Origin: an uncultured Clostridia bacterium
GTDB taxonomy: Bacteria; Bacillota; Clostridia; Peptostreptococcales; Anaerovoracaceae
Assembly (NCBI GenBank): GCA_944388495.1
Contig: CALXIZ010000117.1
Coordinates: 25,762 to 89,761 of the forward strand
Direction of reading: 5' to 3'
DNA length: 64,000 bases
Shown: positions 9,570-19,839 of the stretch, in pieces
Layout of the letters: every line of letters starts with the position of its first letter
Position numbering within the stretch: position 1 is the first letter of the stretch
Made by a program: the position numbers and the translations under genes
Notes under the pieces: generated by a model
Told to the model about the DNA's origin: nothing
Database searches by the model: none
The model's input: the letters and a program-made list of their open reading frames with translations, nothing else

Positions 9570-11024
9570 TCAAGTCACTTTCATCCGTGTTTTCACGTCT
9601 TCTTCAGCGGGGCCTGAACCGGAAAAAGCGCGGATATCTTCCTCGAAAATCTCTTCCAGCAGTCTTACCGCCAGAGAAATTTTCTCCGGATCGATGCTGG
9701 CAAAATTGAGAATGATCTGATGAGAATAGGCCATGGAATGACTGCGGCAGTAATCCGACATCAGGGCGAGATAGATGCCCTTCGACTCGGCGGAGCGGTG
9801 AATTTCCTCTTCACTGAGCCGCGTATTGATAACGAGAATCAGATGTGTTCCCACATGGCACTCCTGTATCGTGCAGACCGATATGAGCGGTGAATTTCTG
9901 ATCTCTCTGACGATCTGTTCCTTCCGGCTGCGGTAATGCCTCTTGAGCCTTCCTATATGCCGCTCAAAATAGCCTTCCGAGATAAATTTCGCCAGCGTAT
10001 ACTGTTCAAAGCTCGACACAGAGCAGGAATAAAAGCTGAGACGCTTCTTGTACAGGTCCATCAGCTGCTTCGGCAGTACCATATAGGAAATTCTGAGAGA
10101 CGGAACGAGGCTTTTGGAGAAGGTGTTCATATAGATCACCTTCTGCTGACTGTCCATAGAATAGATCGTGGGAAGAGCCTGGCCGCAGAAACGCAGCTCG
10201 CTGTCATAATCATCCTCGATCAGATAACGCGACGGCGACGCTACCGCCCATTCGATCAGTTCTCTGCGCCTCTTCATCGGCATGACGATTCCTGTCGGAA
10301 AATGATTTGCCGGGGAGATATGGACGACACTGGCGCGGCTTTCCGCCAGGATATCCGTACGGATTCCGGACTCGTCCATCGGAATATAGTCCCAGAGTGT
10401 GCCGAAGCTGGCGGAGATATCCGAAAATTTCTTGTATCCCGGATCTTCTATGGCGATGACACACTGCGTTCCGAACAGCTGCAGCAGCTTACCGTAAAGA
10501 TATTCCGTCCCGGCGCCGATGACAATCTGATCCGGAGATACGCGCATTCCCCTGTATTCATAGAGATATTCACAGATCGCTCTGCGCAGAACGTACAGGC
10601 CGTTAAACGGCACTGTCTCCAGCAGAGCCGCATCCTGTCCGGACAGAACCTGACGCATCAGGCGTGTCCACGTATTCATGGGAAAAAGACTCAGACTGCA
10701 TTTATTGGCCTTGAAATCGATACGGTACTTTTTCTCCGCGGCGTCGCCTTCCTCATTTTCCGGAATACGAAAATCCGAGGATTTCCCGGGACTGACGAAA
10801 TATCCGCAGCCTCGCTTCGGATAGATATATCCCTCGCTGACCAGCAGAGAATAAGCGCTTTCCACTGTGGAGACACTGATGAGAAGATGACTCGCCAGAG
10901 CGCGTTTAGAAGGCAGACGCTCCTCTTCCTTCAGCGCTCCGGTGCGGATATCCTCCCGGATACAGCGGTAAAGGTATTCATATTTTGCGAGATCTCCGTG
11001 AAGATTCAGATCATATGTGATCAT
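9570..11024 (-). CDS. MocR/PdxR-type regulator (GntR wHTH fused to an aminotransferase-like domain)
   Basis: 484 aa. The N-terminal GntR HTH reads LPSKRALASHLLISVSTVESAYSLLVSEGYIYPKRGCGYFV, followed by a fold-type I aminotransferase-like domain of about 350 aa. Confidence 0.85.
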   Translation of the reverse strand: MITYDLNLHGDLAKYEYLYRCIREDIRTGALKEEERLPSKRALASHLLISVSTVESAYSLLVSEGYIYPKRGCGYFVSPGKSSDFRIPENEEGDAAEKKYRIDFKANKCSLSLFPMNTWTRLMRQVLSGQDAALLETVPFNGLYVLRRAICEYLYEYRGMRVSPDQIVIGAGTEYLYGKLLQLFGTQCVIAIEDPGYKKFSDISASFGTLWDYIPMDESGIRTDILAESRASVVHISPANHFPTGIVMPMKRRRELIEWAVASPSRYLIEDDYDSELRFCGQALPTIYSMDSQQKVIYMNTFSKSLVPSLRISYMVLPKQLMDLYKKRLSFYSCSVSSFEQYTLAKFISEGYFERHIGRLKRHYRSRKEQIVREIRNSPLISVCTIQECHVGTHLILVINTRLSEEEIHRSAESKGIYLALMSDYCRSHSMAYSHQIILNFASIDPEKISLAVRLLEEIFEEDIRAFSGSGPAEEDVKTRMKVT

Positions 11025-11113
11025 ACTGCTATTCCTTTTCTACTTCACTGATATGTTTTTTTTATTCTGATTTCAAAGAAAAAAAAGGGTCAGTTCCGGA
11101 TTTTTTTCTGTAT

Positions 11114-11986
11114 TCAGTATTTTTCTGTATTTTCGTTCAGACGCACTTCGCACAGCGGGAGCAGTCTCTCATATTCTCTGCGGAAATTCAGTTTTTCGCC
11201 GGTGAAAATCTCAAAAGAGAGAAGTCCCTGACATATGAGCATGCTCATGCCGTTCATCGTCCGAAGCCCTCTCTGTTTTCCGTAATGCAGAAAAGCCGTC
11301 TCCCACGGATTATATATGAGATCGCACAGAAAGGCCTCTGTTTCATCAAGAAAAGACAGATCGCCGAAATCGCTTCCTGTTCCCGACATGCCCAGAGAGG
11401 TACAGTTGATGATGATATCGGAAGAAGCCGCCGTCTCTCTCATATTCTTTGGCGTCTGTTCTTTCGCCTGCGCATATTCCGTACCTTCGCAGAGATGTTC
11501 CGCCTTTTCAAAGGTCCGGTTCAGAACAGTCAGCGATCCGATCTTCGCCTCTGACGCTCCCCGGACGAAAGAGGCGGCAACGCCGCCCGCCCCGATGATC
11601 ATAATCCGGCTTCCTTCCAGTCTGACGCCGTTTTCTTCAAAAGCGCGGAAAAGTCCCCGGACGTCTGTATTGTATCCATATGTCTTTCCGTCGCGGATCT
11701 TCACCGTATTGACCGACTGATAATCTCCGGCCTGTTCATCGATTCCGTCGAGAAGAGAAATGATGCTCTGCTTATGCGGCATCGTGACATTAAAACCTGC
11801 AAATTTCAGGTTCTTCGCTGATTCTACAAATTTTTCCAGCTCATCCTCCGTACGGATATGAAACGGAAAATAGACCGCATTCAGTCCGTTTTCCCTTATA
11901 ATCCGGTTATGCATAAAAGGCGACATGGAATGATCTATGGGATCTCCGATGACTGCCATAATTTTTGTCTCTGTATTAATTTCCAT
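11114..11986 (-). CDS. aroE: Shikimate dehydrogenase
   Basis: 290 aa with VIGDPIDHSMSPFMHN, NVTMPHK and IIGAGGVAAS motifs. Confidence 0.85.
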   Translation of the reverse strand: MEINTETKIMAVIGDPIDHSMSPFMHNRIIRENGLNAVYFPFHIRTEDELEKFVESAKNLKFAGFNVTMPHKQSIISLLDGIDEQAGDYQSVNTVKIRDGKTYGYNTDVRGLFRAFEENGVRLEGSRIMIIGAGGVAASFVRGASEAKIGSLTVLNRTFEKAEHLCEGTEYAQAKEQTPKNMRETAASSDIIINCTSLGMSGTGSDFGDLSFLDETEAFLCDLIYNPWETAFLHYGKQRGLRTMNGMSMLICQGLLSFEIFTGEKLNFRREYERLLPLCEVRLNENTEKY

Positions 11987-12041
11987 TTCTGCCTCCTGAC
12001 GATCTCTGCTGCAGCGCGGCCGAAACCGGCCGGTGCAGGGT

Positions 12042-12088
12042 AAAAAAAGGCGTTTCAGTCCGCAGGCAGCCCCGCGGGCTGAAACGCC
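12042..12088 (-). terminator. Intrinsic terminator after pyrG
   Basis: Minus strand: GGCGTTTCAG...CTGAAACGCC (10-bp stem) followed by TTTTTTT, about 30 nt after the pyrG stop. Confidence 0.75.
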
Positions 12089-12117
12089 CTCTGATCTGTT
12101 CGATAAACGCCCGTTTT

Positions 12118-13722
12118 TTACTTATCATTCAGAGCCGCGCGGATCAGCTCGCGGAAGAGCGGATGCGCATGATTCGGACGGCTCTTGAATTCCGGATGAT
12201 ACTGGACACCGACAAAGAATTTTTTATCGGGAAGCTCGACAGCCTCCACCAGTCTTCCGTCAGGAGAAAGACCCGAAAATACCATTCCTCCCGCCAGGAA
12301 TTTATCCCGATAAGAATTATTGAATTCGTATCTGTGACGGTGACGCTCCGCCACCTTCTCCTGTCCGTACGCCTCTGCCAGCTTTGTATCCGGTGTGATC
12401 ACGCATGGATAAGCGCCCAGACGCATCGTTCCTCCCATCTGGATATCTCCGCGCTGATCCGGCATCCAGTGAATGACCGGAGACTCGCCCTCCGGTGCAA
12501 ATTCACTCGAATTCGCATTTTTCAGACCGAGCACATTTCTGGCAAATTCGACCACCGCCATCTGCATGCCGAGACAGATGCCGAGGAACGGCATGTCATG
12601 CTCTCTCGCATAGCGGATCGCCGTGATCTTTCCTTCGATACCGCGGTCTCCGAATCCGCCCGGAACGAGAAGACCGTCACACTTCTCCAGCAGCCGACCG
12701 ACCGTATCCTGACTGACTCCCTCGGAATCGATCCATTCGATATTTACGTTTGCTCCGTTTTCCCATCCGCCGTGACGGAGAGCCTCCGCCACGGAGAGAT
12801 ATGCATCGTGAAGCTGTACATACTTGCCCACGAGGCCGATGGTGACCTCTTTATCGCTGTTGCGGATGCGTTCTGTCATCGCTTCCCATTCGCTCATATC
12901 GCCTTTGATGTTTTCCAGTCCGAGTTCACGGCAGACGATTTCCGAAAAATTGCTCTCTTCCAGCATCTGAGGAGCCTCATAGAGTACCGGAACTGTCGTG
13001 TTATTGATGACGCAGTCTTCTCTCACGTTGCAGAACATGGAAATCTTCTGCCGGATGCTGTCCGGAATCGGCTGGTCACATCTGGCCACGATGATATTCG
13101 GCGCCACGCCCATGGATAAAAGCTCTTTTACGGAATGCTGTGTCGGCTTCGATTTATATTCTCCGGAGCCTACGATATACGGAATGAACGTCACGTGAAT
13201 GAAGAGACAGTTTTCCCGTCCGACCTCCAAAGAGAGCTGACGGATCGCTTCGATAAACGGCTGGCTCTCGATATCGCCCGTCGTTCCGCCGATCTCTGTG
13301 ATGACGATATCGGCTTCCGCTTTCTTTCCGACAGAATGAATAAAATTCTTGATCTCATTCGTGATATGAGGGATCACCTGAATCGTCTCTCCCAGATAAT
13401 CGCCGCGGCGCTCTTTATTGAGAACATTCCAGTATACCTTACCTGTGGTAAGGTTTGAATATTTATTCAGATTCTCGTCGATAAATCTCTCGTAATGACC
13501 GAGGTCAAGATCGGTCTCCGCGCCGTCTTCTGTTACGAATACCTCGCCGTGCTGATAAGGACTCATGGTTCCCGGATCGACATTGATGTACGGATCGAGC
13601 TTCTGAGAGGTGACCTTATAGCCTTTCGCCTTCAGCAGACGGCCGAGAGAAGCCGCTGTAATCCCTTTTCCGAGACCTGATACGACGCCGCCTGTCACAA
13701 AGATGTATTTCACGTTTTTCAT
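12118..13722 (-). CDS. pyrG: CTP synthase
   Basis: 534 aa: [31 protein letters not shown]..., with GICLGMQ in the glutaminase domain. The start is only 15 nt after the carB-dapF stop and has a GGAGGG RBS. Confidence 0.95.
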   Translation of the reverse strand: MKNVKYIFVTGGVVSGLGKGITAASLGRLLKAKGYKVTSQKLDPYINVDPGTMSPYQHGEVFVTEDGAETDLDLGHYERFIDENLNKYSNLTTGKVYWNVLNKERRGDYLGETIQVIPHITNEIKNFIHSVGKKAEADIVITEIGGTTGDIESQPFIEAIRQLSLEVGRENCLFIHVTFIPYIVGSGEYKSKPTQHSVKELLSMGVAPNIIVARCDQPIPDSIRQKISMFCNVREDCVINNTTVPVLYEAPQMLEESNFSEIVCRELGLENIKGDMSEWEAMTERIRNSDKEVTIGLVGKYVQLHDAYLSVAEALRHGGWENGANVNIEWIDSEGVSQDTVGRLLEKCDGLLVPGGFGDRGIEGKITAIRYAREHDMPFLGICLGMQMAVVEFARNVLGLKNANSSEFAPEGESPVIHWMPDQRGDIQMGGTMRLGAYPCVITPDTKLAEAYGQEKVAERHRHRYEFNNSYRDKFLAGGMVFSGLSPDGRLVEAVELPDKKFFVGVQYHPEFKSRPNHAHPLFRELIRAALNDK

Positions 13723-13737
13723 TTCTGCCCTCCGGTC

Positions 13738-16700
13738 TTAAACCTCTATCGTTCCTTCAAAGATCTTCGCCGCATCTCCCGTCATCGTGACGTTTGTGCC
13801 GGTATATTTCACCTTCAGTTCCCCACCGATGACTTTTACCGTGATCTCCGTATCTTTTTCGCAGTAACCGTTTTCCACGGCAGCCACGACAGCTGCACAG
13901 GCGCCCGTTCCGCAGGCGCGCGTCTCGCCGTTTCCGCGCTCCCAGACACGCATTCTGAGTTTCTTTGGATTGACTACTTTCACAAATTCCGTATTCGTCC
14001 GTTCAGGGAACAGATCACTGTGCTCAAACTTCGGACCGATATCCTGAATATCGATGGAATCCACATTATTTACAAACACGACGCAGTGCGGATTTCCGAT
14101 GTTGACGCAGGTGATATTGTAATTTTCTCCGCCTATCGTCACCGGCTCGTTTACCACTTTATCCGCGGCGATATTCACAGGAATCGCCGCCGGCTCCAGA
14201 TTTACATCACCCATGTCGGCAGTCGCAGCCGTCACTTCGCCGTACTGTTTGATCAGCTTCACTGTGCGTACTCCGGCCTCCGTCTCCACCGTAACAGTGG
14301 ACGCATCCGGAGCGATCCCTTCGTCATGGAGATATTTCGCCACACAGCGGAGCGCATTTCCGGACACACCGCCGTTGCTGCCGTCCTGATTGATGATTTC
14401 CATCTTCGCATCCGCACAGTCAGACGGCCCGATGAGAACGATACCGTCTCCGCCGATTCCCAGATGACGGTCCGACAGAATGACTGCCAGGCCTTCCGGA
14501 TTGCTCGGAGTCTGATCGAAGCAGTTGAAATAGATATAGTCGTTCTGCGTGCCGCTGAGCTTTACGAAGCGGAGCACCTGCCTCTCCTCTCTCATTCTGT
14601 TGATATTCACCAGCTCTGTGCACTCCTTCGTAAACTTCGAACGGAGACTCTTGATAAGAGCAGAGGCTGTATCCATGGAGGTCAGACACGGAATGGCTCT
14701 TTCCACCGCTTTACGCCTGATCTTTACAGAATCCTTCGTCGGAATTCTGCCCCGCGATGACGTCGAAATGACATAATCCACTTTGCCGCTTTCCATAACC
14801 GTTATACAGTTATTGTCAGACTCGTGAATCTTGTCCACGTGACGGACAAAGATGCCCTCGCTTTCGATCGCATCGGCCGTACCCTTCGTCGCATATATTT
14901 CAAATCCGAGATCCGCAAATCCTTTTGCGATATCGATGACCTCGGCTTTATCTCTGTCACGGACAGTGATCAGAACACCGCCGTTTTTCTTCATCTCGTA
15001 GCCGGCTGCCACGAGACCTTTGTAAAGGGCTTCCTCCAGAGAAGCCGCGATACCCAGAACCTCGCCCGTGGATTTCATCTCCGGTCCCAGATGGGTATCC
15101 ACATTGATGAGCTTTTCGAAAGAGAAGACCGGAACCTTGACCGCATAATACGGAGACTTGCGGTAAAGTCCCGTTCCGAATCCCATATCTGCGAGCTTCT
15201 CTCCGAGCATGGCTCTCGTAGCCAGATCCACCATCGGAACGCCGGTGACCTTGCTGATATACGGCACTGTACGCGAGGACCGCGGATTCACTTCGATCAC
15301 GTACAGGTCGTTCTCATAGATCAGATACTGTATGTTGACCAGACCCAGCGTATTCATGGAGAGAGCCAGACGCTTCGACTGATCGATGATCTTTTCGATA
15401 ATATCATCGTCGATATTCCATGCCGGATATACCGCGATGGAATCTCCGGAATGAATACCCGTCCTCTCGATATGTTCCATGATACCCGGAATCAGGATTT
15501 CCTCTCCGTCACAGATCGCATCGATTTCCAGCTCGATTCCCATCAGATATTTGTCGATGAGAATCGGATTTTCGATCTCCTGACGCAGGATAATCTCCAT
15601 ATATTCGTTGATATCATTGTCATCGAAGGCGATAATCATATTCTGGCCGCCCAGGACGTAGGACGGGCGCATGAGCACGGGATAACCGATGGTGTTCGCC
15701 GCATCAAGCGCCTCTTCCGTCGTCATGACCGTCACTCCGGCAGCGCGCTTTATCTTCAGTTCCTCCAGAAGTTCGTCAAAACGCTCTCTGTCCTCCGCCA
15801 TATCGATGCTGTCCGGTGGTGTTCCGAGAATGCGCACACCCTGTTCGCTCAGATGCTTCGTCAGCTTGATCGCTGTCTGCCCGCCGAAAGCGACGACGAC
15901 GGCGTCCGGTTTCTCCGTATGAATGATATTCATGACGTCTTCGTTTGTCAGCGGCTCGAAATACAGTCTGTCCGCCGTGTCGAAGTCCGTGGAGACAGTC
16001 TCCGGATTGTTATTGACGATGACGACTTCATATCCCGCCTTCTTCAGAGACCAGACACACTGTACCGAGGAATAGTCAAACTCGATCCCCTGTCCGATAC
16101 GGATCGGGCCGGAGCCGAAGACGATGACCGTCCCTCTGTCATTTTCCTTCGCGCTGCGCTCCTCTTCGATGAAATGAAGCGCTTCGTTTTCCTCGTCATA
16201 TGTGGAATAGAAGTACGGCGTCTCGGCGGCAAATTCCGCAGCACAGGTATCGACCATTTTGTAGGCCGCATATCTTTTCTCTCTGATCTTCTGGCCGGAC
16301 AGCTTTTCGATGACTTTGTCCAGGAAAGACATCTTTTTCGCCTCCAGGTAGAGCTCGTCTGTCAGCTCCTCTTCCTGAAGACGCTTTTCCATCGCTATGA
16401 TATTGCAGATCTTGTACAGGAACCACTCATCGATCTTCGTGATCTCATGGATGCGGTCCACATCTGCGATGCCTCTCTTCAGCGCCTGATAGATGACGAA
16501 CAGTCTCTCATCGTCACATTCATAAAGCTTATCGGCGATCTGCTGATCGGAAAGCTCCGCCAGAGCTTCCTCCTCCAGCGTATCGTGTGAAATCTCGGCG
16601 CCGCGCACCGCTTTCATGAGCGCTTCTTCAAAAGACTGACCGATGGACATGACTTCTCCGGTGGCTTTCATCTGCGTGCCCAGCGTGCGCTTCGCATATA

Positions 16701-17796
16701 CGAATTTATCGAACGGCCATTTCGGGAACTTGACGACCACATAGTCGAGCGCCGGTTCGAAGCAGGCGTACGTATTTCCTGTAACCGCATTTCTGATCTC
16801 GTCCAGAGTAAAACCGATAGCGATCTTTGCCGCCACTTTTGCGATCGGATATCCTGTCGCCTTCGATGCCAGAGCCGAGGAACGTGATACTCTCGGGTTG
16901 ACTTCGATGACGGCATATTCAAAGCTTTCCGGATGAAGAGCAAACTGACAGTTACATCCGCCCTCCACCTTCAGTTCCGATATGATGTCGAGAGACGCTT
17001 TTCTAAGCATCTGATATTCCTTATCCGAAAGAGTGACTGCAGGAGCGATGACGATACTGTCTCCCGTGTGTACGCCGACAGGATCGAAATTTTCCATGGA
17101 GCATACCGTGATAACATTTCCGCTGCTGTCCCTCATGACTTCAAATTCGATCTCTTTCCATCCGGCGATGCACTTTTCCACCAGAACCTGTGTGATCGGA
17201 GAGAGGCGCAGGCCGTGTTCTGTAATTTCTCTCAGCTCAGCCTCATCGTTGACGATACCGCCGCCGCTTCCGCCCAGAGTGAAGGCAGGGCGGATAATCA
17301 CAGGATAGCCGATCTCCTCTGCAAATTCCACCGCAGACTCGATATCATTTACCACCTTGGAAGGGATAACAGGCTGCCCGATGGACTCCATGGTATCCTT
17401 GAACATCTGGCGGTCTTCCGCCCGGTCGATGGTCTCGGGATTTGCTCCCAGAAGCATGACTCCCTGCTCTTCGAGAAATCCCTCTTTCGCCAGCTGCATG
17501 GAAAGCGTCAGACCTGTCTGGCCGCCCAGTGTGGAGAGCAGGCCGTCCGGCTTTTCCTTAGCGATGATTCTCTTCACCGTTTCCAGACAGAGCGGCTCGA
17601 TGTAAATGCTGTCGGCCATGTGCTTGTCCGTCATGATGGTAGCCGGATTGGAGTTTACGAGTACGACCTCCAGGCCCTCTTCTTTCAGGGCACGGCATGC
17701 CTGTGTTCCTGCATAGTCGAATTCAGCGGCCTGGCCGATTACGATCGGACCGGAACCGATGACCATTACTTTTTTGAGCTTGCTATTTAACGGCAT
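13738..17796 (-). CDS. carB: Carbamoyl-phosphate synthase large subunit fused in frame to a C-terminal DapF-like (diaminopimelate epimerase fold) domain
   Basis: 1352 aa. Residues 1 to about 1067 are a full CarB (two ATP-grasp halves plus the MGS-like tail). The last 285 aa (13741-14595) read MREERQVLRFVKLSGTQNDY...NQDGSNGGVSGNALRC...GNPHCVVFV...WERGNGETRACGTGACAA, which is DapF. There is no stop codon between the two parts. Confidence 0.9.
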   Translation of the reverse strand: MPLNSKLKKVMVIGSGPIVIGQAAEFDYAGTQACRALKEEGLEVVLVNSNPATIMTDKHMADSIYIEPLCLETVKRIIAKEKPDGLLSTLGGQTGLTLSMQLAKEGFLEEQGVMLLGANPETIDRAEDRQMFKDTMESIGQPVIPSKVVNDIESAVEFAEEIGYPVIIRPAFTLGGSGGGIVNDEAELREITEHGLRLSPITQVLVEKCIAGWKEIEFEVMRDSSGNVITVCSMENFDPVGVHTGDSIVIAPAVTLSDKEYQMLRKASLDIISELKVEGGCNCQFALHPESFEYAVIEVNPRVSRSSALASKATGYPIAKVAAKIAIGFTLDEIRNAVTGNTYACFEPALDYVVVKFPKWPFDKFVYAKRTLGTQMKATGEVMSIGQSFEEALMKAVRGAEISHDTLEEEALAELSDQQIADKLYECDDERLFVIYQALKRGIADVDRIHEITKIDEWFLYKICNIIAMEKRLQEEELTDELYLEAKKMSFLDKVIEKLSGQKIREKRYAAYKMVDTCAAEFAAETPYFYSTYDEENEALHFIEEERSAKENDRGTVIVFGSGPIRIGQGIEFDYSSVQCVWSLKKAGYEVVIVNNNPETVSTDFDTADRLYFEPLTNEDVMNIIHTEKPDAVVVAFGGQTAIKLTKHLSEQGVRILGTPPDSIDMAEDRERFDELLEELKIKRAAGVTVMTTEEALDAANTIGYPVLMRPSYVLGGQNMIIAFDDNDINEYMEIILRQEIENPILIDKYLMGIELEIDAICDGEEILIPGIMEHIERTGIHSGDSIAVYPAWNIDDDIIEKIIDQSKRLALSMNTLGLVNIQYLIYENDLYVIEVNPRSSRTVPYISKVTGVPMVDLATRAMLGEKLADMGFGTGLYRKSPYYAVKVPVFSFEKLINVDTHLGPEMKSTGEVLGIAASLEEALYKGLVAAGYEMKKNGGVLITVRDRDKAEVIDIAKGFADLGFEIYATKGTADAIESEGIFVRHVDKIHESDNNCITVMESGKVDYVISTSSRGRIPTKDSVKIRRKAVERAIPCLTSMDTASALIKSLRSKFTKECTELVNINRMREERQVLRFVKLSGTQNDYIYFNCFDQTPSNPEGLAVILSDRHLGIGGDGIVLIGPSDCADAKMEIINQDGSNGGVSGNALRCVAKYLHDEGIAPDASTVTVETEAGVRTVKLIKQYGEVTAATADMGDVNLEPAAIPVNIAADKVVNEPVTIGGENYNITCVNIGNPHCVVFVNNVDSIDIQDIGPKFEHSDLFPERTNTEFVKVVNPKKLRMRVWERGNGETRACGTGACAAVVAAVENGYCEKDTEITVKVIGGELKVKYTGTNVTMTGDAAKIFEGTIEV

Positions 17797-18889
17797 TTAT
17801 TCCGACCTCCTTCATCAGTGCTATAAAATCATCGAACAGGAACCCGGAATCCAGCGGACCGGCGGACGCTTCCGGATGAAACTGAACGGTGAAAACGGGA
17901 ATTCCTCTGTATCTTACGCCCTCACATGTATTGTCGTTTGCATTTACAAAACTCACTTCGGCAAAATCCGGCAGACTTTCGCTGACGACGCAGTAGCCGT
18001 GATTCTGACTGGTGATGAAAACCCTGTTGTCTGACAGTCTCTTGGCCGGCTGATTTGCTCCCCGGTGTCCGTATTTCATCTTTTCGGTCCGGCCGCCGGC
18101 AGCCAGAGCTGTAAGCTGATGACCGAGACAGATTCCGAACATCGGAATTCCACTGTCCATCAGCTTTCTTATTTCGCGGATCACATTTACGTTTTCCGCC
18201 GGATCTCCCGGACCGTTTGAGAGCATGATGCCGTCCGGCTTCATCGCCTCGATCTCCTCCGCTGTCGTATTGTACGGAACGACAGTCACGTCGCAGCCCC
18301 TCTTCTGCAGCTCGCGACAGATGTTTCTCTTCGCTCCCAGATCCATGAGAACGACTTTCAGCGGGCTGTCCGTTTCATTCAGACGAGGATGCTCTTCCCT
18401 TTCCGGGCAGGAGGTATTTGCCACCGCCTCCGTGATGGTATATTTCTTGATATCCCATATGCTCGCCGATCTTTCCTCAGGAAGCTCCGAAAGAATCAGC
18501 GCATTCATCACACCGTTTTCACGGACGATTTTCGTCAGCGCCCTGGTGTCGATACCGTAGATGCCCGGGATATTCTGTTCCCGCAAAAAAGTGTCAAGAT
18601 CCCCCTGATTTCTGAAATTGGAAGGTTCCTGACACCACTCTCTGACGATATACCCTTTAACGAAGGATTTTCTGCTCTCAAAATCCTGCGGAATGACACC
18701 GTAATTTCCGATCAGCGGAAACGTCTGAACGACAATCTGTCCGTAATAGCTCGGATCCGTAAGTGTCTCCAAATAACCTGTCATCGCCGTTGTAAACACC
18801 ACTTCTCCGGTGACATCTCCTTCGGCGCCGAATGCTTTGCCCTTAAAAACAGCACCGTTTTCAAGCAGCAGATATCTTGCCTTGTCCAT
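17783..18889 (-). CDS. carA: Carbamoyl-phosphate synthase small (glutaminase) subunit
   Basis: 368 aa with GICLGHQ and HRGANQP motifs. It overlaps the carB start by 14 nt. Confidence 0.9.
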   Translation of the reverse strand: MDKARYLLLENGAVFKGKAFGAEGDVTGEVVFTTAMTGYLETLTDPSYYGQIVVQTFPLIGNYGVIPQDFESRKSFVKGYIVREWCQEPSNFRNQGDLDTFLREQNIPGIYGIDTRALTKIVRENGVMNALILSELPEERSASIWDIKKYTITEAVANTSCPEREEHPRLNETDSPLKVVLMDLGAKRNICRELQKRGCDVTVVPYNTTAEEIEAMKPDGIMLSNGPGDPAENVNVIREIRKLMDSGIPMFGICLGHQLTALAAGGRTEKMKYGHRGANQPAKRLSDNRVFITSQNHGYCVVSESLPDFAEVSFVNANDNTCEGVRYRGIPVFTVQFHPEASAGPLDSGFLFDDFIALMKEVGINAVK

Positions 18890-19024
18890 TTCTCCCTCCG
18901 TTGTATTTCAGCAGTTCTGCAGAAAGCGGCAGCCCCGGCCGAAAACCGCGGCCGCCGCCTTCTGTTATCGTCATATCTTTTTATTCCGAATCGTCTCTTT
19001 GCGTACGATTCATGATTCTGCGGT

Positions 19025-19600
19025 TTATTTATTGTAATACGTCCTCAGAATACTCTGCGCCACTGTCTTTTTCGGCACCCGCAGATCCATCGCCTGCTTT
19101 TCGATGTATCTGTGTGCCTGTGATTCCGTCATATTCAGATGAGACATGAGCATCCCCTTTGCCCGGCTGACCATCTTCGCTTCTTCGATGCTTTCCTTCA
19201 GCTTTCCGTTCTCTTCTCTAAGACGGACGGAGATATTTCCGAAAACGGCGGCACATTGCAGCACGCAGGAAAAAAACTTTTTTTCGACAGGCCTTTTCAT
19301 GGCGAATATCCCGTACTCCTTCAGCTTTTCTCCTGTTCTGGAATAAGATTCCGGATTTGTGATGAGTATGACAGGATTTTTTTCCGACTCCGCCGCATAC
19401 ACGGCAAACTCAATGCCCTGCTCATCCTTCATGGGAGTGTTTACGACGACCAGATCGGTGCTGTTTTCCTTCAGCTTCAGCCTGGCGTCACTTCCTTCGG
19501 AAACCGTAATGATACAGACGTCTCCCAGGATTTCCGCGAGCATTTTCTGCAGTAAATCCAACGTCTTCTGCGATCCCGCAGCGAGAAGTATATTACTCAT
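19025..19600 (-). CDS. ANTAR-domain RNA-binding antiterminator with a pseudo-receiver domain
   Basis: Start chosen at the internal ATG (MSNILLAAG...). The C-terminus EEAKMVSRAKGMLMSHLNMTESQAHRYIEKQAMDLRVPKKTVAQSIL matches the ANTAR pattern. The receiver-like N-terminus lacks the acidic pair (LLAAG) and has Asn at the phospho-acceptor position (DLVVVNTPM). Confidence 0.8.
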   Translation of the reverse strand: MSNILLAAGSQKTLDLLQKMLAEILGDVCIITVSEGSDARLKLKENSTDLVVVNTPMKDEQGIEFAVYAAESEKNPVILITNPESYSRTGEKLKEYGIFAMKRPVEKKFFSCVLQCAAVFGNISVRLREENGKLKESIEEAKMVSRAKGMLMSHLNMTESQAHRYIEKQAMDLRVPKKTVAQSILRTYYNK

Positions 19601-19839
19601 GCATCCGTAAAACTCCTGTCCTTCGTTCACCCGACCGCAAAAATGCCGGAAAAGGAAATCTCTGCACAGAAGACATACGAAAAAATACGCACCTGTTCCT
19701 TTCTTCCGGCGATCTGCGGCGTATTTCAACTTATTCAGCTAATTATACATGATAGCATTTCTTTTTCATAGTGGAATTGTGTGAAATCGACAAAAGTTTT
19801 TACAATGAACGGACGGTCTGCCGTATACGACGGTCTCTC

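Noticed and set aside
14824-17790. 588-aa and 285-aa ORFs on the plus strand
   Set aside because: Both are antisense to carB. They belong to a window-wide pattern in which nearly every real gene carries a long antisense ORF. Other examples are 3142-4194, 7004-8371, 8287-9309, 9936-11051, 12163-13119, 25135-26085, 28137-29666, 43426-44517, 59320-60423 and 61940-62971. I treat this as a codon-usage artefact, not as overlapping genes.
18890-19024. GC-rich hairpin in the carA leader, considered as a PyrR or ANTAR attenuator
   Set aside because: There is no PyrR binding-loop motif, no hexaloop pair and only a weak U-tract. The evidence is insufficient.
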